Positions 60,360-64,000 of a stretch of 64,000 nt of DNA are shown one piece after another. Where the stretch lies: positions 2,763-66,762 of the forward strand of contig JAISCC010000016.1 in the NCBI GenBank assembly GCA_031265845.1, given 5' to 3'. The notes beneath the pieces were generated by a model. The model was given only the letters and a program-made list of their open reading frames with translations. It ran no database searches and had not been told where the DNA came from. Made by a program: the position numbers and the translations under genes. Source of the DNA: Treponema sp. (GTDB taxonomy: Bacteria; Spirochaetota; Spirochaetia; Treponematales; Breznakiellaceae). The first letter of the stretch is position 1; each line of letters starts with the position of its first letter.

Positions 60360-60862
60360 AACCCATTTCCTCTATTTTTTCCATTGCAATCCGCTTCTTT
60401 ACCGGCAAACGTATGAGGCGGCTTTTGTATCTTATCATTCTCGGCGCAGCCGCGATTAGAAACGCGGCGGATTCTGATACAATCCGACGTACGTTTGTGT
60501 TTTATAATATGAAAAATTACACGCCTCAAGCCGAAGAACATATGTTGTTGCGTTCGCATTCCGAAGAAGCGTCTCTCACACGATACGTGGAAGAGACTCT
60601 CTTTGGACCCCGCAACCCGGATTCGGCGCCGCTTTTTCCCAGAGGAACAAAATTGCTGTCGCTCTTTTACAGGGACGGCGTCGTTTACATTGATCTTTCC
60701 GAAGCGGCGGCGCTTCCTGTCGTCATTGAAAACAGCAGGGCTGTGCCGATGGAAGGCGGTGTAGCGCGAGGGGTTTCAACATTCAGGGAAAGCCTTGCAA
60801 GAAACTTTCCTTTTATAGAAGAAACAAAATTTTTTATTGAGGGACATTCGATAGATTTTTGA
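60356..60862 (+). CDS. GerMN-like domain protein
   Basis: TM anchor, then LTRYVEETLFGP...PLFPRGTKLLSLFYRDGVVYIDLS. 4-nt overlap with the amidase gene. Confidence 0.45.
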   Translation: MKPISSIFSIAIRFFTGKRMRRLLYLIILGAAAIRNAADSDTIRRTFVFYNMKNYTPQAEEHMLLRSHSEEASLTRYVEETLFGPRNPDSAPLFPRGTKLLSLFYRDGVVYIDLSEAAALPVVIENSRAVPMEGGVARGVSTFRESLARNFPFIEETKFFIEGHSIDF

Positions 60863-60958
60863 TAAATTTGAAAGAAAAGACGTTGACAATTTTAGCAAAT
60901 AGCGTATAATAAGAGAAAATCATCTTTTTAAGATTTTTGCAAATCAAAGGAGTTATGG

Positions 60959-61942
60959 ATGAAACGGATATTCATTCTTTCGATCATTTCATTGTTGGCA
61001 ATAGGATCTCTTCTTGCAAATGAAGATGTCTTAATTGACTTTTCACAGCTTGCGGCTGACACGCCGGCGGAGGAGAATAATGGCGTAACAGCGCTCAATG
61101 AGGCGACTGTCATTGACACTTCCAATTACACCGCGAACAACTACACGGACGAGCAGAAGGCTCTTATGAAGACATCTCTTGCTATCGAAAACTGGCTGGT
61201 AAAGATTTCAAATTCTTCCGCGACTATTCAAAATCAGACTGTGAGCAAGAGCAAAGAATCAGCCTCAAAAGCATATGGAACAGTGCTGGGCGTTCGCGCG
61301 CGGTTTCCGAATGCAAGTTGGAATGCGGTGGCTACCATTAAACCGCCGTTTGAAATTCCTGCGTATGAACCGGCTGCTGAGGGAAGTGAAGCCTCTTCTA
61401 AATTTGAAGGCGGATATGGCGTGATCAAGAATGTGGGAACCATTAAATCTATCGCGGTTAATGTCTATGGTCTCAACTATCCTTATACACTCTATCTTAT
61501 TCTCATTGACGGATCCGGGAAAGAGATTTCGGTTAACCTCGGCCCGCTCAATTTTCAAGGGTGGGGTGAGCTTCGGTGGGATAATCCGCGCTACGCCCAA
61601 GATGTACGAGATCGCCAGCTTGCGTCCGCGCCTATCTATCCCCAAGAGTCAAGCCTAATCAAATTTGGCGAATTCCGCATTATTAGGACCGGCGATCAAC
61701 CCGGCGGTGACTTCATAACCTATTTCAAAGATGTTAAAGTCATCTACGATCAGGCTGTTCTTGAAGAAGAGCGCGATATTGACGATGAAGCTGTCTGGCA
61801 GATTCAGACGACTCGTGAGAGTGCGAAGAATAAAGCCGCTCAATCCGACCAGTCCAACAGTCTCTTCCTGCAAGCTGTTGATAAGAAAAGGCAAGCCGCC
61901 GAATCTTTCGACGCTCAGCAAGCCACCGATGAAGAAGAATAA
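60959..61942 (+). CDS. flaA: Flagellar filament outer layer (sheath) protein FlaA
   Basis: Signal peptide, then EDVLIDFSQL..., KTSLAIENWLVKISNSS, the FlaA family pattern of spirochaetes. Confidence 0.75.
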   Translation: MKRIFILSIISLLAIGSLLANEDVLIDFSQLAADTPAEENNGVTALNEATVIDTSNYTANNYTDEQKALMKTSLAIENWLVKISNSSATIQNQTVSKSKESASKAYGTVLGVRARFPNASWNAVATIKPPFEIPAYEPAAEGSEASSKFEGGYGVIKNVGTIKSIAVNVYGLNYPYTLYLILIDGSGKEISVNLGPLNFQGWGELRWDNPRYAQDVRDRQLASAPIYPQESSLIKFGEFRIIRTGDQPGGDFITYFKDVKVIYDQAVLEEERDIDDEAVWQIQTTRESAKNKAAQSDQSNSLFLQAVDKKRQAAESFDAQQATDEEE

Positions 61943-62022
61943 GCGCATCGCTTAAAACTTACCGGTAAAAAAGTAAAAAAGGCTGTCTAATAGGCAGCCT
62001 TTTTTACTATAATCGAATAACA

Positions 62023-63246
62023 ATGGAACTACCTGACAAGAAAAAATTGCAAGACAGCTATATTCGCTATGCGAGTGTACGGTTAGCGACAGCAAAGGGC
62101 ATTGAGGCGAGTTTGGAGGATATCCTCTCGTTTTTTTCTCCCCGCCCTACTGTCAAGGGGAGGATCAAGGATTTTGACAGTTATTACAAAAAATACATTA
62201 AACTGCTGAAACAAAATCCTGACAGTACGGAAGCTCCTCTTATAACTGATATTATAGGCATCCGGGTGGTGTGTCCTTTTATAGCGAATCTCAGTGAAGT
62301 GCAACAGATCGTTGGCAAGCATTTTACGGTTATCGACACCGAAAGAAAGGGTTCCAACTATTCCTACAAGGAATTTGGGTATGAATCCATACATCTTTTG
62401 ATAAATATACCGCAAGATGTTATAGAAAAATTTAGTCATTCAGGCTGTGATGTCGCCGAAATCCAGATACGCACCATTTTGCAGGACGCATGGGCTGAAG
62501 TTGAACACGAACTCGTATACAAGGCGGAATTCACCCCGTTTGACATGATCATGAAACGAAAACTTGCGGCGCTCAACGCAAGCCTCTCTCTTGCGGACAC
62601 CATATTTCAGGAAATCAGGGACTACCAGCAACAGCTTCATGCGGAATCAAGCAAACGCCGGGAAGACTTTTTTAACAAACTGGAAGAGAATGTCGACACC
62701 TTCCTCTTCAGCGATGTCGAGCTTGAGTCAGAAACGAAGGCATATACCGTATGGGAGCAAAACAAAAATGCGAGTATAGACGATCTCTTGCTGAATGCGC
62801 TTTACGCGCATAACCGCAAAGATTTTGATACGGCAATCAAACAATACACTCAAATTCTGTCCATGAACCCCAAAAACAACATTATTTCCATCATTTACAG
62901 TCACCGCGGCATGGCAAATTTCGCGCAATCTTGTTATGAAGACGCGGTGGTCGACTTCAACAAAGCGCTTGAATATGACGGCAAGGCGTACAAAGCCGCA
63001 TATTATCGCGGACTCGTAAAGCTGGTTCAGCGCAAATGGGTTGAAGCGGTCGATGATTTTACGCTTTCGCTCGCCATCAATCCCTATCAACCCTTCTGTC
63101 TCTACCGTCGCGGACACGCCAGCTACCACAATGGTGATAAAATTCAGGCGCTTTCCGACTGTGAAGCAGCCCTTCTCCTGATGCCGGATTTTGAAGACGC
63201 CATGAAATTTAAGAAATTTATCTTAAATAGAATAAATTTTGTGTAA
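62023..63246 (+). CDS. RelA/SpoT-domain small alarmone synthetase fused to TPR repeats
   Basis: ITDIIGIRVVCPF, GYESIHLLINIP, AEIQIRTILQDAWAEVEHELVYK. C-terminal TPR-like units (YSHRGMANF..., AYYRGLV..., LYRRGHASY...). Confidence 0.75.
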   Translation: MELPDKKKLQDSYIRYASVRLATAKGIEASLEDILSFFSPRPTVKGRIKDFDSYYKKYIKLLKQNPDSTEAPLITDIIGIRVVCPFIANLSEVQQIVGKHFTVIDTERKGSNYSYKEFGYESIHLLINIPQDVIEKFSHSGCDVAEIQIRTILQDAWAEVEHELVYKAEFTPFDMIMKRKLAALNASLSLADTIFQEIRDYQQQLHAESSKRREDFFNKLEENVDTFLFSDVELESETKAYTVWEQNKNASIDDLLLNALYAHNRKDFDTAIKQYTQILSMNPKNNIISIIYSHRGMANFAQSCYEDAVVDFNKALEYDGKAYKAAYYRGLVKLVQRKWVEAVDDFTLSLAINPYQPFCLYRRGHASYHNGDKIQALSDCEAALLLMPDFEDAMKFKKFILNRINFV

Positions 63247-63380
63247 AGAGAGTTTCTTTGCGTCCGCAACGCATCAGCCGCTAGTGTCAAACGCGACCTT
63301 TCCCCAAAAGATCCCATTTATCAAAGTTTTAGCGCCTTCTTTGCTAAAAAGGCGCTAAAACCTACAAGTGCAACAGGCTG

Positions 63381-64000
63381 CTAGGAAGCAAAGAGAAGGT
63401 TTTTTAGTTCATAGACACAGGAACGCGCTTTTCTATCCGCTTCCCACACCGCATCTACGGTAACGGCGCCCGTCCAGTCCCGTTGCAAGACAGATTCTAC
63501 GATATGCGCAATATCAAGAAAGCCGATTTTTTCTTCTAAAAACAGGGACGCCGCTTCTTCGTTAGCCGCGTTATACGCCACCGGATACAACGCCCGCGCT
63601 TTTGCGACCCGGTAGGCGAGCGGAAGAAGGGGAAATTTCTTTTCATCCGGCGCTTCAAATTCCAGCATTACGGATGTCATATCAAAATTATCAAAAGAAA
63701 CCATGCCTTTGTTCGGGAAAAACAATGCGTCTTGAATGGGGCGGCGCATGTCGGGCTTTGACAGTTGGGCGTATATGCTGCCGTCTACAAACCGTATCAT
63801 GGAGTGAACGACGCTTTGGGGATGCACCACAACTTTCACCTTATCGGGCGGCATGGCAAACAGTTTCACCGCTTCAATCACCTCAAGCCCCTTGTTTGCC
63901 ATGCTTGCGGAATCAATGGTGATCTTCGCGCCCATCTTCCATGTCGGATGGGCGAGCGCGTCTTTTGGTTTTACCCGCGCAAGCTGTTCAGACGACAGAG
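63381..64000 (-). CDS. dxr: 1-deoxy-D-xylulose-5-phosphate reductoisomerase, C-terminal part (5' end outside the window)
   Basis: HPTWKMGAKITIDSASMANKGLEVIEA...VVHPQSVVHSMIRFVDGSIYAQLSKPDMRRPI matches Dxr. The frame stays open to the window edge. Confidence 0.85.
   Translation of the reverse strand, partial: LSSEQLARVKPKDALAHPTWKMGAKITIDSASMANKGLEVIEAVKLFAMPPDKVKVVVHPQSVVHSMIRFVDGSIYAQLSKPDMRRPIQDALFFPNKGMVSFDNFDMTSVMLEFEAPDEKKFPLLPLAYRVAKARALYPVAYNAANEEAASLFLEEKIGFLDIAHIVESVLQRDWTGAVTVDAVWEADRKARSCVYELKNLLFAS

Overview
64-kb chromosomal window, roughly 50-55% GC by eye, that looks like a Treponema-type spirochaete. Supporting this: a FlaA periplasmic-flagellum sheath protein, a Bpur-like PUR protein, a PntC-AEP-transaminase fusion like T. 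denticola Tde1415, TvpA-like FGE/C-type-lectin lipoproteins, a BspA/LrrA-type LRR lipoprotein and a cyclophilin-FKBP dual PPIase. Housekeeping genes: ABC exporter, HrpA-like helicase, ftsK, slt, sbcDC, truA, tatD, uxuAB, recX, rplM-rpsI, a PGM/PMM-family mutase, dxr, an amidase and an ATP-grasp enzyme. Accessory content: (1) a pepM-ppd-pntC/aepT 2-aminoethylphosphonate cluster with a scrambled, pseudogenised tail; (2) a single RAYT (Y1 transposase) gene bracketed by inverted repeats, plus a 13-nt palindrome GGTGTC-N-GACACC found almost only in intergenic DNA; (3) three tandem FGE-type lectin paralogs whose C-termini show NNC/NNT codon variation typical of diversity-generating retroelement targets, with no RT or template repeat in the window; (4) two 14-15 nt G/C homopolymers, one inside a promoter / leader ORF / terminator unit upstream of the LRR lipoprotein gene; (5) an orphan adenine methyltransferase next to an AT-rich decayed island; (6) a tRNA-adjacent graveyard of IS1-like, HicA and XRE remnants. 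Pseudogene density is unusually high. No rRNA genes or CRISPR arrays were seen. All calls come from reading motifs in the supplied translations and DNA; no database search was possible.
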